NCBI GenBank assembly: GCA_964605765.1
Contig: CAZSDY010000001.1
Coordinates: 1-62,810 of the forward strand
Direction of reading: 5' to 3'
From: an uncultured Ectothiorhodospiraceae bacterium
GTDB lineage: Bacteria > Pseudomonadota > Gammaproteobacteria > HK1
DNA length: 62,810 nt
Numbering within the stretch: position 1 is the stretch's first letter; each line of letters opens with the position of its first letter. This document shows positions 31,539-43,658 of the stretch, piece by piece. The position numbers were made by a program, and so were the translations under genes. The notes beneath the pieces were generated by a model, which did no database searches, was not told the DNA's origin, and saw nothing but the letters and a program-made list of their open reading frames with translations.

Positions 31539-32861
31539 TCACTCCAGGTCGAGCTTCTGCATCCGATAACGCAATGCACCGAAGCTGATACCCAGGTGCT
31601 TGGCGGCCGCGGTCTTGTTCCAGCGTGTGTGCTCCAGCGCCTCGAGGATCTTGTCTTTCTCCACGGAAACCAGCAGCGTGTCCAGGTCACTGTCGCCGCC
31701 ATCGCCCATCTCGGTGACGACATCGGCCGACGGCAGGCTCAGGTTGATCCTCTCTATTCGGTTGCCTTCGCAAAGGGTCATGGCGCGTTCCAGGATGTTC
31801 TCGAGCTCGCGCACGTTACCGTAGAACGGATAACTCTCGAGCGCGCCGAGCGCCTCGTCGGACAGCGCCGGCAGCTCCGTGCCGGCCTGGCGGGCCAGGC
31901 GCTCCAGAATGTACCCTGCCATTAGCGCTATGTCCTCTGGGCGTTCGCGCAGCGGGGGCACGTGAAGCTCGATAACGTTGATGCGATAGTAGAGGTCCTG
32001 GCGAAACTCGCCGCTCTTGACCAGATCCGCGAGATCCTTGTGCGTGGCGCTCAGGATGCGCACGTCGACTGCTTCCTCGCGGGCGGCACCGACCGGGCGC
32101 ACGGATTTCTCCTGTATGGCACGCAACAGCTTCACCTGCATGTGCAGGGGGAGCTCGGCCACCTCGTCGAGAAACAGCGTACCGCGCTCCGCGGCCTGGA
32201 ACAGGCCCTGCTTGTCCGCGAGCGCGCCCGTGAAGCTGCCCTTCTTGTGTCCGAACAGCTCGCTTTCCATCAGCTCGTGGGGGATGGCGCCGCAGTTGAC
32301 GGGCACGAAGGACCGGTCCGCGCGCGGTCCCTGCTCGTGAATCATGCGCGCCACGAGTTCCTTGCCCGTCCCCGATTCACCGCTGATGTAGATGGGCGCC
32401 TGGCTTCTCGCGAGCTTCGCGATGGTCGCGCGCACGGCCTGCATGGGAGCGGAATCGCCAATCAGCCGGCGGTCGGGATAAAACCCATGCTTCTCGGCGA
32501 GCCGCACGGCCGTGTTGACGAGATTGCGCAGCACCCGCAGATCAACCGGCTTCGACACGAAGTCGAACGCGCCCGCCTTGAGCGCCTCGACCGCCGACTC
32601 CATGTTGCCGTGCGCCGTGATCATGGCCACCGGCAGGGACGGGAATTGCTGCGCCATGAAGCGCACCAGGTTGATACCGCTGCCGTCGGGCAGGCGCATG
32701 TCGGTGAGGCAGAGATCATAGGATGCGTCTTTGAGCGCCGCGCGCGCGCGTTGCAGGCTCTCCACGGCCACGGTGTCGATATCCATCCTCTGCAGGGTGA
32801 TCTCGAGCAGCTCGCGGATATCCGGCTCGTCATCGACGATGAGGGCGCGCGGTTTGTTCAT
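31539..32861 (-). CDS. pilR: sigma-54-dependent response regulator PilR
   Basis: Receiver domain (ALIVDDEPDIRELL ... CLTDMRLPDG), AAA+ sigma-54 interaction domain (GESGTGKELVAR, GAFTGA-like GSFTGA) and a C-terminal Fis-type HTH. Its ATG overlaps the pilS stop. Confidence 0.92.
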   Translation of the reverse strand: MNKPRALIVDDEPDIRELLEITLQRMDIDTVAVESLQRARAALKDASYDLCLTDMRLPDGSGINLVRFMAQQFPSLPVAMITAHGNMESAVEALKAGAFDFVSKPVDLRVLRNLVNTAVRLAEKHGFYPDRRLIGDSAPMQAVRATIAKLARSQAPIYISGESGTGKELVARMIHEQGPRADRSFVPVNCGAIPHELMESELFGHKKGSFTGALADKQGLFQAAERGTLFLDEVAELPLHMQVKLLRAIQEKSVRPVGAAREEAVDVRILSATHKDLADLVKSGEFRQDLYYRINVIELHVPPLRERPEDIALMAGYILERLARQAGTELPALSDEALGALESYPFYGNVRELENILERAMTLCEGNRIERINLSLPSADVVTEMGDGGDSDLDTLLVSVEKDKILEALEHTRWNKTAAAKHLGISFGALRYRMQKLDLE

Positions 32862-34495
32862 GTGCTCGGCAGGTCCTGCCTTCTGAGGTCGCTGAAGGTG
32901 ATACGAAAGCAACCCCCCGGGCTGCCCGGGGAGCGCAGGCTCAGCGATGCCTGGTTTATCTCGCACAGCTCACGCGCAATATACAGGCCGAGTCCCGTGC
33001 CGTCAGGCTGCGTGGTGAAGAACGGCTCGAACAGATTGTCGGCAATATCCTCCGCGATGCCCGGACCGTTGTCCATGACCTCCAGGTAGGCGCGTCCGCT
33101 ATACGCGCTGACGTCGGCCCTGATGGTGAGGCGGGGTTCGGCGCCTGCATGGCGGATGCCGTTCTCGCAGAGGTTCCACAACACCTGGTGTAGCTGGCTC
33201 GGGTCGATGCGCACGTCCAGCGCCGCTTCGCCCAGCAGCAACGCGATCTGCCCCGCGCGCAGGCCCTTGACCGAGCGCAGCTCGGTCGTGAACTGGTCCA
33301 GCCACCCCCGCAGATCGATTCGCTCGCGCACCGCTTCCTTGCGCCGGCTCAACTGCAGAATGTTCTCCACGATGGCGTTCATGCGCGTGCAGTTCTCCTG
33401 GATGATTTGTGTCAGGCGCCGATCGGAGCGAGGTAGCGCGGGCGCCTCTTCGAGCAACTGCCCCGCGTGGCTGATGGCCCCAAGAGGATTGCGGATCTCA
33501 TGGGCGATACTGGCGGTGAGCCTACCGAGCGACGCGAGCTTGAGCTGCTGCGCGCGCTGCCGCGTGGCCGATGCATCCTCCAGGTACACGAGCGCACCGT
33601 GTGCGCCGCCTTGCCCGAGCTGGGCGAAAGAGGCCAGCACTTCGGCGGGCCCCTTGCTGGGGAGAAACAGACGCGGCGCGGGTTGTGTGTCATGGCGCCA
33701 GATCGAATCCAGGCCGGTCAGCTCCGGAGCGATCGTGCGCAGGTGCTTCCCCGATGCATCCCCGGAAAAGCCGAGCAACTGCTTCGCAGACTCGTTCATG
33801 AACCGTATGCAGGCTTGCTCGTCGAGCACCAGCACACCGGACTGCATGCGCTGAATGATATGCTCGTTGAGCTGCGCGAGATTGGCGGCGTCTATGCCGC
33901 GCTTCAAGGCGAGCGCCTCGCTCGCGCGGACACGCTTGGCCAGCGCGTGCGCCAGATACGCCGTGGCAAAGAACGTGATGCCGAGCATGCCGGCCTGGCT
34001 GTAGCTGGTGGTGGGGAACGACTGGTACAGCCACGCGTATATCTGCTGCGAGAGCACGGCCAGCGAGGCCAGCGCCGCGAACAGTACCGCGATCCGGCCT
34101 TCGGTGAGCAGGCTGGCCCCGGCAATGGCGACCACCAGCAACATGCCGAAGCCACTCGCGACTCCACCGCTTGCGTGCATCATGAGCGTGATGCACGCGA
34201 TGTCACCGGTGATTTGCAGCACGACCTGTAGCTGAAAGCCCATCCAGCGCATCTGTATGGCCAGCGCGCATACAAAGCTGAACAGGAAATAAGCGATCGC
34301 CGTTATCCAGAACAGCTCCGAGTCGGCCTGGCCGAAATAGCGCGGCGCAATGCCGAAGAAGCCCAGCGTGATGATCAGCCCGGACAGGGTCGCCCGGTAC
34401 AGATTGAAATACCTGAGCGGCGTCCAGTTCGCGTGGACAGATTCAGCGCCGGCGGGGCCATCGCGGGCGCTCCCGGAGACCGGTTCGAAGATCAT
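32858..34495 (-). CDS. pilS: sensor histidine kinase PilS
   Basis: Six N-terminal TM helices, H-box SIAHEIRNPLGAI, and N/G boxes (NLCENGIRH, DNGPGI, GTGLGLYIAREL). ATG at 34495; an alternative GTG lies at 34516. Confidence 0.9.
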   Translation of the reverse strand: MIFEPVSGSARDGPAGAESVHANWTPLRYFNLYRATLSGLIITLGFFGIAPRYFGQADSELFWITAIAYFLFSFVCALAIQMRWMGFQLQVVLQITGDIACITLMMHASGGVASGFGMLLVVAIAGASLLTEGRIAVLFAALASLAVLSQQIYAWLYQSFPTTSYSQAGMLGITFFATAYLAHALAKRVRASEALALKRGIDAANLAQLNEHIIQRMQSGVLVLDEQACIRFMNESAKQLLGFSGDASGKHLRTIAPELTGLDSIWRHDTQPAPRLFLPSKGPAEVLASFAQLGQGGAHGALVYLEDASATRQRAQQLKLASLGRLTASIAHEIRNPLGAISHAGQLLEEAPALPRSDRRLTQIIQENCTRMNAIVENILQLSRRKEAVRERIDLRGWLDQFTTELRSVKGLRAGQIALLLGEAALDVRIDPSQLHQVLWNLCENGIRHAGAEPRLTIRADVSAYSGRAYLEVMDNGPGIAEDIADNLFEPFFTTQPDGTGLGLYIARELCEINQASLSLRSPGSPGGCFRITFSDLRRQDLPST

Positions 34496-34799
34496 CGTGT
34501 CGGAATCAGAGACCACCGTGCTCCCCTGCCAGCGCGATGCGCCGGGCCCCAGCGGTCATCGCGGGACCGTTGTCCCGGGCACCTGCCCGGCGCCCCATGG
34601 CGCCTGTGATATGCTTAACCAGCGGCTGCCCGGAAAGATTAACTCTCACCAAGACGCAAAGATCGCAAAGCGACGAGTGATGATTTTCGAACTCACGCCG
34701 AAAGCGCCTTCTTGGCGACCTTGCGAAAGGAATATTGACGTTTCCGGATGGGCACCAGCCCGCCGATAATGCTCCACCATAACAAAGAACTGTCAACCG

Positions 34800-35960
34800 A
34801 TGAACTTGCACGAATATCAGGCGAAGCAACTGCTGTCCCGGTACGGCGTGCCGACACCCGCCGGTGGCCCGGCATTCTCGGCGAGCGAAGCCGTGGAGCG
34901 CTCGCGCAGCCTCGGCGGCGAGCGCTGGATGGTCAAGGCGCAGGTGCACGCCGGTGGGCGCGGCAAGGCGGGTGGCGTGAAGATGGCCGGCAGCACCGAG
35001 GAGGTCGCGGAGATCGCCGCATCGCTCATCGGCCAACGCCTCGTGACCGGGCAGACGACCGCCGCAGGCCAACCGATCAACGCAGTCTTGATCGAGGCGA
35101 CCAGCGAGATCGCCACGGAGCTCTACCTGAGCATGCTCGTCGACAGGTCCCGGCGGCGCATCGCGATCATCGCCTCGGCGGCCGGCGGCATGAACATAGA
35201 AGAGGTGGCGGCCACGCACCCCGACAGGATCGTGACCGTCTACCTGGACCCCGGCGCCGGGCTGCTGCCGTATCAGTCACGACGCATCGGCTTTGCTCTG
35301 GGACTCGTGCCTGGCCAGATCAAGCAACTCGGCAAGATCCTCGGCGCCCTGGCACGGCTGATGGTCGACAAGGACCTGAGCCTGCTCGAGCTGAACCCCT
35401 TGGTGACGACCCGCGGTGGCGATCTCATGGCACTCGACGCCAAGATCAACCTGGATGACAACGCGCTGTTCCGGCATCCCGACATGGAAGCGCTCCACGA
35501 CGCGTCACAGGACGACGAGAAAGAGACCGAGGCCAAACGCTTCGACCTCAACTACATCACCCTTGACGGCAATATTGCCTGCATGGTCAACGGCGCGGGG
35601 CTCGCCATGGCCACCATGGACATCATCAAGCTGCACGGGGGCGAGCCTGCCAACTTCCTCGACGTGGGTGGCGGCACCGATGCCGAAAAGGTCTCCGAGG
35701 CCTTCAAGCTGATCGTTTCCGATGACAAGGTGCAGGCCATCCTGGTGAATATTTTCGGTGGCATCGTGCGCTGTGATCTGATAGCCGAGGGCATCATCAA
35801 GGCGGTCAAGGAGGTGGGCGTGAGCGTGCCCGTCGTCGTGCGGCTGGAAGGGACCAACGTGGACAGGGGGCGCGAGTTGCTCGAGCTGAGCGGGCTCGAG
35901 CTGACGCCCGCCGAGTCCCTTGCCGATGCCGCGTCCAAGGTCGTCGCGGCAGCCACCTGA
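34800..35960 (+). CDS. sucC: succinate--CoA ligase beta subunit
   Basis: [18 protein letters not shown] ... the full ATP-grasp and ligase-CoA domains are recognisable. Confidence 0.96.
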   Translation: MNLHEYQAKQLLSRYGVPTPAGGPAFSASEAVERSRSLGGERWMVKAQVHAGGRGKAGGVKMAGSTEEVAEIAASLIGQRLVTGQTTAAGQPINAVLIEATSEIATELYLSMLVDRSRRRIAIIASAAGGMNIEEVAATHPDRIVTVYLDPGAGLLPYQSRRIGFALGLVPGQIKQLGKILGALARLMVDKDLSLLELNPLVTTRGGDLMALDAKINLDDNALFRHPDMEALHDASQDDEKETEAKRFDLNYITLDGNIACMVNGAGLAMATMDIIKLHGGEPANFLDVGGGTDAEKVSEAFKLIVSDDKVQAILVNIFGGIVRCDLIAEGIIKAVKEVGVSVPVVVRLEGTNVDRGRELLELSGLELTPAESLADAASKVVAAAT

Positions 35961-35971
35961 GGAACCCCTCC

Positions 35972-37211
<1,240 letters not shown>

Positions 37212-37218
37212 GGGCGCG

Positions 37219-38016
37219 TCAGTTCGTCAGCACGATGCCCTCCACCTCCGAGATACCGGGGTGGTCCGGAAAGTTCATCTTCAACACGCGTATCGCATCG
37301 ACCGACAGATCGTCGAGCTTCAGGATCTTGTAGGCCTTGGCCATGATCACCAGGGCATCGGCTACCGACGGCGTGCGCTGATAGTTCTCCACCACGAACT
37401 TCGCCCGGTTCGCCGCGGCGATGTAGGCCTTGCGATCCATGTAGTAGTTCGCCACATTGATCTCATGCTGGGCAAGGGTGTTGCGCAGATAGATCATGCG
37501 CTGGGCGGCGTCTCGAGAATACTGGCTGTCGGGGAAGCGCTCGACCAGGTCCGAGAAGTTGTCGAACGCATCGCGCAGCGCCGCGGTATCGCGCTCGGAG
37601 TCGTCCGTCGGCACGTAGCGCTCCACGATCGAGGTGATGAACCCCTTGCCCCGGTTGAAGTTGGTGAGCCCCTTGAGGTAGTAGACATAATCGAGGCTGG
37701 GATGGCTGGGATAGAGCTTGATGAAACGATCCGCGGACGCCAGCGCAGATGCCGGCTCCTCGAACTTGTAATAAGCGTAGGCAACTTCGAGCTGCGCCTG
37801 CTGGGCATAGCGGCCGAACGGATAGCGCGACTCCAGCTTCTCGTAGTAGTCGATGGCCGTCTCGTAGTTTCCACCGTCAAGAGCAGCCTTGGCGGAGTTG
37901 TACAAGCGCTGGGCGGACCAGTCCCTGGTCTTGTCCTCCTTGGCCTTGAGCATCCCGCAGCCCGACACGCTGGAGGCGATGAGGCTCGCGGCAAGGAGCA
38001 TGATCATCAAACGCAT
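37219..38016 (-). CDS. bamD: outer membrane protein assembly factor BamD
   Basis: Lipobox LIASSVSGC followed by TPR-like repeats (YYEKLESRYPFGRYAQQAQLEVAYAYYK). Divergent from rluD, as is typical. Confidence 0.9.
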   Translation of the reverse strand: MRLMIMLLAASLIASSVSGCGMLKAKEDKTRDWSAQRLYNSAKAALDGGNYETAIDYYEKLESRYPFGRYAQQAQLEVAYAYYKFEEPASALASADRFIKLYPSHPSLDYVYYLKGLTNFNRGKGFITSIVERYVPTDDSERDTAALRDAFDNFSDLVERFPDSQYSRDAAQRMIYLRNTLAQHEINVANYYMDRKAYIAAANRAKFVVENYQRTPSVADALVIMAKAYKILKLDDLSVDAIRVLKMNFPDHPGISEVEGIVLTN

Positions 38017-38132
38017 GATTTCAGTCCGCTCGGCTGGTGTGATCCATGTCCATTGTCTCAAAATCTCCTGCATTAGTCCTGCGCGAACCCGTGGGTGAGC
38101 CGTCGCAGCGTGATTCGGGAAGAAACCGCGAC

Positions 38133-39074
38133 ATGCAGGCCACGATCCCGCGCGAGCTCGCCCTGAGTCGCTTCGATCAAGCGCTGGCGGCGATGCTTCC
38201 GGATTACTCGCGCTCGCGCATTCAGCGCTGGATCAAGGACGGTCTGGCAACCCTGGATGGGCGCACGGTGTCACCCCGGCACAAGGTGAGCGGCGGTGAG
38301 CGGGTCACCGTGCGGCCGTGCGCGGACCCCAATGGCCGCGCACTGGCGCAACCCATGGGCCTCGACCTCGTCTACGAGGACGATCACATACTGGTCATCA
38401 ACAAGCCGGCCGGGCTCGTCGTGCACCCCGGCGCGGGTAACCGGGACGGCACGCTGCTCAACGGCCTGCTGCACCACGCGCCGGAGCTGGCAGACGTCCC
38501 ACGTGCCGGGATCGTGCACCGCCTGGACAAGAACACCACGGGGTTGCTGGTCGTTGCGCGCACGCTGCAAGCGCATGCGCGCCTGGTCGAAGCACTCGGG
38601 CTGCGGCACATTCACCGCGAATACGAAGCTATCGTGCATGGCCGAGTCACGGGCGGCGGCCGCGTGGACGCGCCGCTCGGGCGACACCGATCGCAGCGCA
38701 CGCGCATGACCGTGACACACGCGGGAAAACCCGCCGTCACGCGTTTCCGCATCCGCGCCCGCTTCCCCGCGCACACGCACCTCGTGCTCGCGCTGGAGAC
38801 CGGACGCACGCACCAGATCAGGGTTCACATGGCGCACATGGGGCACCCCATCGTGGGCGATCGAGACTACGGCGGGCGCGCCAGGGTGCCGCGGGGTGCG
38901 ACCGAAGCACTCGCCCGGTACATCAGGGATTTCCCTCGCCAGGCGCTGCACGCCTCGCGCCTGGCGCTGAAGCATCCCGCCACGCGCCAGCCCTGTGAGT
39001 TCAAGGTGGCGCTGCCCGTGGACATGCAGCGCTTGATCGAGCGACTGGCGCCGCCACGCACCGCCGATCTGTGA
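38133..39074 (+). CDS. rluD: 23S rRNA pseudouridine synthase RluD
   Basis: S4 domain, then the catalytic motif HRLDKNTTGLLVVA. ATG at 38133 gives an E. coli-like N-terminal length. Confidence 0.9.
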   Translation: MQATIPRELALSRFDQALAAMLPDYSRSRIQRWIKDGLATLDGRTVSPRHKVSGGERVTVRPCADPNGRALAQPMGLDLVYEDDHILVINKPAGLVVHPGAGNRDGTLLNGLLHHAPELADVPRAGIVHRLDKNTTGLLVVARTLQAHARLVEALGLRHIHREYEAIVHGRVTGGGRVDAPLGRHRSQRTRMTVTHAGKPAVTRFRIRARFPAHTHLVLALETGRTHQIRVHMAHMGHPIVGDRDYGGRARVPRGATEALARYIRDFPRQALHASRLALKHPATRQPCEFKVALPVDMQRLIERLAPPRTADL

Positions 39075-39166
39075 ACCAGATCACCGCGGCCGACGCCGCA
39101 GTGGCTAATCTCGCGCCGATAATCTAGTATTCCCTTGAGAATTAACCGTATAGGTGTGTTGCAGCA

Positions 39167-40888
39167 ATGGCCGTTAGCAGCCAAGGCGTACATCTGGGCG
39201 GACTCGCCCGCAAGCTCGTCCTCGACGGCCTCATAGAAGAAGACAAGGCGGCACAGGCCTTCGAGGAGTCGCTGCGCGACAAGATACCGTTTGTCGCGCA
39301 TGTCGTCTCGCAAGGGCTCGCCGATGCCAGCAAGATCGCACACGCCGCGGCCATCGAGTTCGGCGCCGCGCTCATGGACATCAGCACTGTCGAGGTCGAT
39401 CGCGATGTCACCAAGCTGATCGAGGAAAAGCTCATTCGAAAGCACCGCGTGCTGCCCATTCACAAGCGCGGCAATCGCCTGTTCGTGGCTGCCTCCGACC
39501 CCACCAACCTGGCCGCGCTCGATGAGCTCAAGTTCGCCACCGGCTTTCACGTCGAGTTCATCCTGGTCGAGGAGAACAAGCTCGCCACCGCCATCGACGG
39601 GGCGCTGGATGCCGCCGACACCAGCATGGACATGGGCGAGGATGACGACCTGGAAGACCTCGAGGGGTTGGAAGTCGGCGACGAGCCGGACGCCGGCGAC
39701 GACATCACCGCGCAGGATATCGACGATGCGCCGGTGGTGAAATTTGTCAACAAGATGCTGCTCGACTGCATGAAGAAGGGCGCCTCGGACATCCACTTCG
39801 AGCCCTACGAGAAGTACTGCCGGGTTCGGCTTCGCATCGACGGTGTTTTGAAGGAGGTCTCGAAGCCGCCGCTCGCGCTCGCCCAGAAGATCGCCGCGCG
39901 CGTCAAGGTGATGTCGCGCCTCGACGTCTCGGAGCGGCGCGTGCCGCAGGACGGGCGCATCAAGCTGAAGCTGTCCAAGACCAAGGCGATCGACTTTCGT
40001 GTCAGCACCTGCCCCACGCTGTTCGGAGAGAAGGCCTGCCTGCGTCTCCTCGATTCCAGCATGAGCATCCCGCTCGACGCGCTCGGCTACGAGGACTTCC
40101 AGAAGGAGATGTTCCTCAAGAACCTGCACAAGCCCTATGGCATGTTCCTGGTCACGGGACCGACCGGCAGCGGCAAGACCGTGTCCTTGTACACGGGCAT
40201 CGACATCCTCAACACCGAGGACGTGAATATCTCCACCGCCGAGGACCCGGTCGAGATCAACCTGGCGGGCATCAACCAGGTGCAGGTCGACGAGCGTACC
40301 GGCATGACCTTCGAAAAGGCCCTCAAAGCATTCCTGCGCCAGGATCCCGACATCATCCTGGTCGGCGAGATACGTGATCTGATCACCGGCGGCATCGCCA
40401 TCAAGGCGGCGCAGACCGGCCACATGGTGATGTCCACCCTGCACACCAATGACGGGCCGCAGACACTGACACGCATGATCGACATGGGCATCCAGCCGTT
40501 CGCCATAGCCACGGCGGTCAACATCATCACCGCCCAGCGCCTGGGCAGAAGGCTGTGCGGCAAGTGCAAGAGACCGCTCGAGAACGTGCCCAAGGAGGCA
40601 CTGCTCAAGGAGGGCTTCACGGAGGAACAGGTCGAGGGCGATCTCGTGCTCTATGAGGCCAAGGGCTGTGACCAGTGCACCGACGGCTACAAGGGGCGCG
40701 TGGGGATCTACCAGGTGATGGAGATCTCCGAAGAGATGAAACGCTTGATCATGGAGGGACGCAACGCCATCGACCTGGCTGAGCAGGCGCGCAAGGAGGG
40801 CATCCCCGATATCCGCCAGTCCGGCCTCAAGAAGATAGTGGATGGCATCCTGGACCTTGCGGAACTCAACCGCGTGACACAGGAGTAG
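39167..40888 (+). CDS. pilB: type IV pilus assembly ATPase PilB
   Basis: N-terminal MshEN/GSPII domain, Walker A GPTGSGKT, Asp/His boxes, and the tetracysteine CGKCK...CDQC. Confidence 0.95.
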   Translation: MAVSSQGVHLGGLARKLVLDGLIEEDKAAQAFEESLRDKIPFVAHVVSQGLADASKIAHAAAIEFGAALMDISTVEVDRDVTKLIEEKLIRKHRVLPIHKRGNRLFVAASDPTNLAALDELKFATGFHVEFILVEENKLATAIDGALDAADTSMDMGEDDDLEDLEGLEVGDEPDAGDDITAQDIDDAPVVKFVNKMLLDCMKKGASDIHFEPYEKYCRVRLRIDGVLKEVSKPPLALAQKIAARVKVMSRLDVSERRVPQDGRIKLKLSKTKAIDFRVSTCPTLFGEKACLRLLDSSMSIPLDALGYEDFQKEMFLKNLHKPYGMFLVTGPTGSGKTVSLYTGIDILNTEDVNISTAEDPVEINLAGINQVQVDERTGMTFEKALKAFLRQDPDIILVGEIRDLITGGIAIKAAQTGHMVMSTLHTNDGPQTLTRMIDMGIQPFAIATAVNIITAQRLGRRLCGKCKRPLENVPKEALLKEGFTEEQVEGDLVLYEAKGCDQCTDGYKGRVGIYQVMEISEEMKRLIMEGRNAIDLAEQARKEGIPDIRQSGLKKIVDGILDLAELNRVTQE

Positions 40889-40891
40889 CCA

Positions 40892-42112
40892 ATGGCCGAC
40901 ATAGCCGCAAAAGCCAACATGTTCCTGTGGGAGGGAACCGACAAATCCGGCAAGAAGGTCAAGGGTGAGATGTCGGGCACGAGCAACGCGCTCGTCAAGG
41001 CGCAGCTACGCCGCCAGGGGGTCAATCCGCGCAAGGTCAAGAAAAAGCCCAAGGACCTGTTCGGCGGCGGAGGGAAGGCGATTACGCCCAAGGACATCGC
41101 CATCTTCAGCCGTCAGATGGCCACCATGATGGCCGCGGGCGTTCCGATGGTGCAGTCATTCGAGATCGTGGGGCGCGGTCACGAGAACCCGAACATGCAG
41201 GACCTGATCATGGCCGTCAAAGCCGACGTGGAAGCCGGCAACATGCTGGCCGACGCGCTGGCCAAGCACCCAATGTACTTCGACGATCTGTACATCAATC
41301 TGGTGCGCGCGGGTGAGGCGGCGGGTATCCTGGAATCGTTGCTCGACAAGATTGCCACCTACAAGGAGAAAGTGGAGGCCATCAAGGGCAAGATCAAGAA
41401 AGCGCTGTTCTATCCCGCCGCCGTGCTGATAATGGCGTTCATCGTGACCACCGTGCTCATGATCTTCGTCATTCCGCAGTTCGCCAGCCTGTTCAAGGAT
41501 TTCGGTGCCGATCTGCCGGCAATGACGCAGGTCGTCGTCGCCATGTCGGACTTCTTCGTTGCGCGCTGGTACGTCATCTTCGGTGCGGTGGGCGGTGGCT
41601 TCTTTGGCATCAAGCAAATGCACAAGCGCTCGCGGCCCTTCCGTAACGCCCTGCAGCGCGCGTCGCTCAAAGCACCCGTATTTGGCGACATACTGGTCAA
41701 GGCGACCATCGCGCGCTTCGCGCGCACGCTGGGCACGATGTTCTCCGCCGGCGTACCGCTGGTGGAAGCCATGGATTCGGTGGCGGGCGCCGCGGGCAAC
41801 GTGGTCTACTCTGACGCCATCTACAAGATGCGTGATGAGATCGCGACCGGCACGCAATTGCAGGTGAGCATGCGCGAGACGAATCTGTTCCCCAACATGG
41901 TCGTGCAGATGGTGGCCATCGGCGAAGAGTCGGGCTCCATCGACCACATGCTCGGCAAGGTCGCGGATTTCTACGAGGAGGAGGTCGACAACGCGGTGGA
42001 CGCCATGAGCAGCCTCATGGAACCGATGATCATGGCCATACTCGGCGTGCTGATCGGCGGCCTCGTGATAGCCATGTACCTGCCCATCTTCAAGATGGGT
42101 CAGGTGGTCTGA
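40892..42112 (+). CDS. pilC: type IV pilus platform protein PilC
   Basis: 406 aa. Two GspF-type repeats and three TM segments. Confidence 0.95.
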   Translation: MADIAAKANMFLWEGTDKSGKKVKGEMSGTSNALVKAQLRRQGVNPRKVKKKPKDLFGGGGKAITPKDIAIFSRQMATMMAAGVPMVQSFEIVGRGHENPNMQDLIMAVKADVEAGNMLADALAKHPMYFDDLYINLVRAGEAAGILESLLDKIATYKEKVEAIKGKIKKALFYPAAVLIMAFIVTTVLMIFVIPQFASLFKDFGADLPAMTQVVVAMSDFFVARWYVIFGAVGGGFFGIKQMHKRSRPFRNALQRASLKAPVFGDILVKATIARFARTLGTMFSAGVPLVEAMDSVAGAAGNVVYSDAIYKMRDEIATGTQLQVSMRETNLFPNMVVQMVAIGEESGSIDHMLGKVADFYEEEVDNAVDAMSSLMEPMIMAILGVLIGGLVIAMYLPIFKMGQVV

Positions 42113-42174
42113 CGCCGCCAGGCGCCATTCCCGCGTAATCTCCTGGCCCGGGTCCGGGCCGCCGGAGACGCTTC

Positions 42175-43038
42175 GTGCTGATCATCGATTACCTGCAGGC
42201 CAGCCCCACCGGCTTTGTCGTGGCCGGTGTGATGCTGGGACTTATCGTGGGGAGCTTTCTGAACGTCGTCATCCACCGCTTACCCGTCATCATGGAGCGC
42301 GACTGGCGCGCGCAATGCACCGAGTTTCTCGATCTGCCGGCGCACGCGCCCGCCGACGAGGCGCCTTTCAATCTCATCGTGCCCCGCTCGCGTTGTCCGA
42401 GCTGCGGGCACGGCATCACGGCGCTCGAGAACGTGCCGGTCATCAGCTATATCGCACTGCGCGGACGCTGCTCGCAGTGCGCCACCGCCATCGGACTGCG
42501 CTATCCGCTCGTCGAGGTCCTCTCGGGCATCCTGACCGGGGTGGTCGCGTGGCATTTCGGCTTCGGCCCGCAAAGCGCCTGCGCCTGGCTGTTGACGTGG
42601 TCGCTGATCGCGCTCAGCGGTATCGATCTGGACCATCAGCTCATCCCCGATGCCATCACCCTGCCCTTCCTGTGGATCGGGCTTGGCATCAGCCTGGTAC
42701 CGATCTTCGTGGACACGCACGCGAGCCTGATCGGCGCGATGGCGGGTTACGGTATTCTGTGGTGCATCTATCAGGCCTTCAGGCTGCTGACCGGAAAACG
42801 GGGCATGGGGTACGGGGACTTCAAGCTGCTTGCCATGCTCGGCGCGTGGCTCGGCTGGCAGAGCCTGCCCGTCGTCGTGCTGCTGTCTTCCCTGATAGGG
42901 GCCGTGGTCGGCGTCTCGCTCATACTCGTTCGCGGACAGGACCGGAACATCCCCATTCCCTTCGGCCCCTATCTGGCAGCGGCCGGATTCGTCGCCATGC
43001 TGTGGGGCCAGGACATCGTTGCCTGGTATTTGTCCTGA
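42175..43038 (+). CDS. pilD: prepilin peptidase / N-methyltransferase PilD
   Basis: Cys box CPSCGH...CSQC and catalytic Asp motifs (GIDLDHQLIPD, GYGDFKLLA). GTG start. Confidence 0.93.
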   Translation: MLIIDYLQASPTGFVVAGVMLGLIVGSFLNVVIHRLPVIMERDWRAQCTEFLDLPAHAPADEAPFNLIVPRSRCPSCGHGITALENVPVISYIALRGRCSQCATAIGLRYPLVEVLSGILTGVVAWHFGFGPQSACAWLLTWSLIALSGIDLDHQLIPDAITLPFLWIGLGISLVPIFVDTHASLIGAMAGYGILWCIYQAFRLLTGKRGMGYGDFKLLAMLGAWLGWQSLPVVVLLSSLIGAVVGVSLILVRGQDRNIPIPFGPYLAAAGFVAMLWGQDIVAWYLS

Positions 43039-43658
43039 AAGCCCGGCTGGTCATCGGCCTGACCGGCGGCATAGGCGCCGGAAAGTCGACCGTTGGCGCA
43101 CAGTTCGCGTCTTTGGGGGTGAGCGTGATCGACGCCGACAGCGTGGCCAGGGAACTCGTGGAACCCGGGCAACCGGCGCTCAGCGAGGTCGTGCAGTCCT
43201 TCGGCGTCGGCGTTCAGGATGCGGGCGGCCGGCTCGACAGGGCGAAGCTCAGAGAGGTGGTGTTCGCCGAGCCGGGTAAACGCCGTGCGCTCGAACGCAT
43301 CCTGCATCCACGCATACGCCGCGAGATGGACCGCCGGCTGCACGAGTCGCACGGTCCTTATTGCATCTTGTCCATTCCCCTGCTGCTGGAAACCGGGCAG
43401 GCGGACAGGGTCGATCGTGTGCTCGTGGTTGATGTGCCCGAGGAGGTCCAGCTCGCGCGTGTCATGCGCCGTGACGGCTCGTCACGCCGGGTCGTTGAGG
43501 GTATTCTTTGCGCTCAGCTGGCAAGGGCCGATCGCCTGGCGCGCGCCGATGACGTGATCGACAACAGCGCCGGGCTCGAATCGCTGACCGGGCAGGTGCA
43601 CGAAATACATCAGCGGTACCTGCGATTGGCGCAGTCGTTGCCAGTCGCGGACAAGTAA
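43002..43658 (+). CDS. coaE: dephospho-CoA kinase
   Basis: P-loop IGLTGGIGAGKST. This is the C-terminal part of track ORF 42315..43658. The start is uncertain: GTG at 43002 is the nearest canonical in-frame start and overlaps the pilD end. Confidence 0.85.
   Translation: MGPGHRCLVFVLKARLVIGLTGGIGAGKSTVGAQFASLGVSVIDADSVARELVEPGQPALSEVVQSFGVGVQDAGGRLDRAKLREVVFAEPGKRRALERILHPRIRREMDRRLHESHGPYCILSIPLLLETGQADRVDRVLVVDVPEEVQLARVMRRDGSSRRVVEGILCAQLARADRLARADDVIDNSAGLESLTGQVHEIHQRYLRLAQSLPVADK

Noticed and set aside
38867-40444. 525-aa minus-strand ORF
   Set aside because: It is antisense to pilB (and the rluD end). pilB has Walker and tetracysteine motifs, whereas this frame has none.
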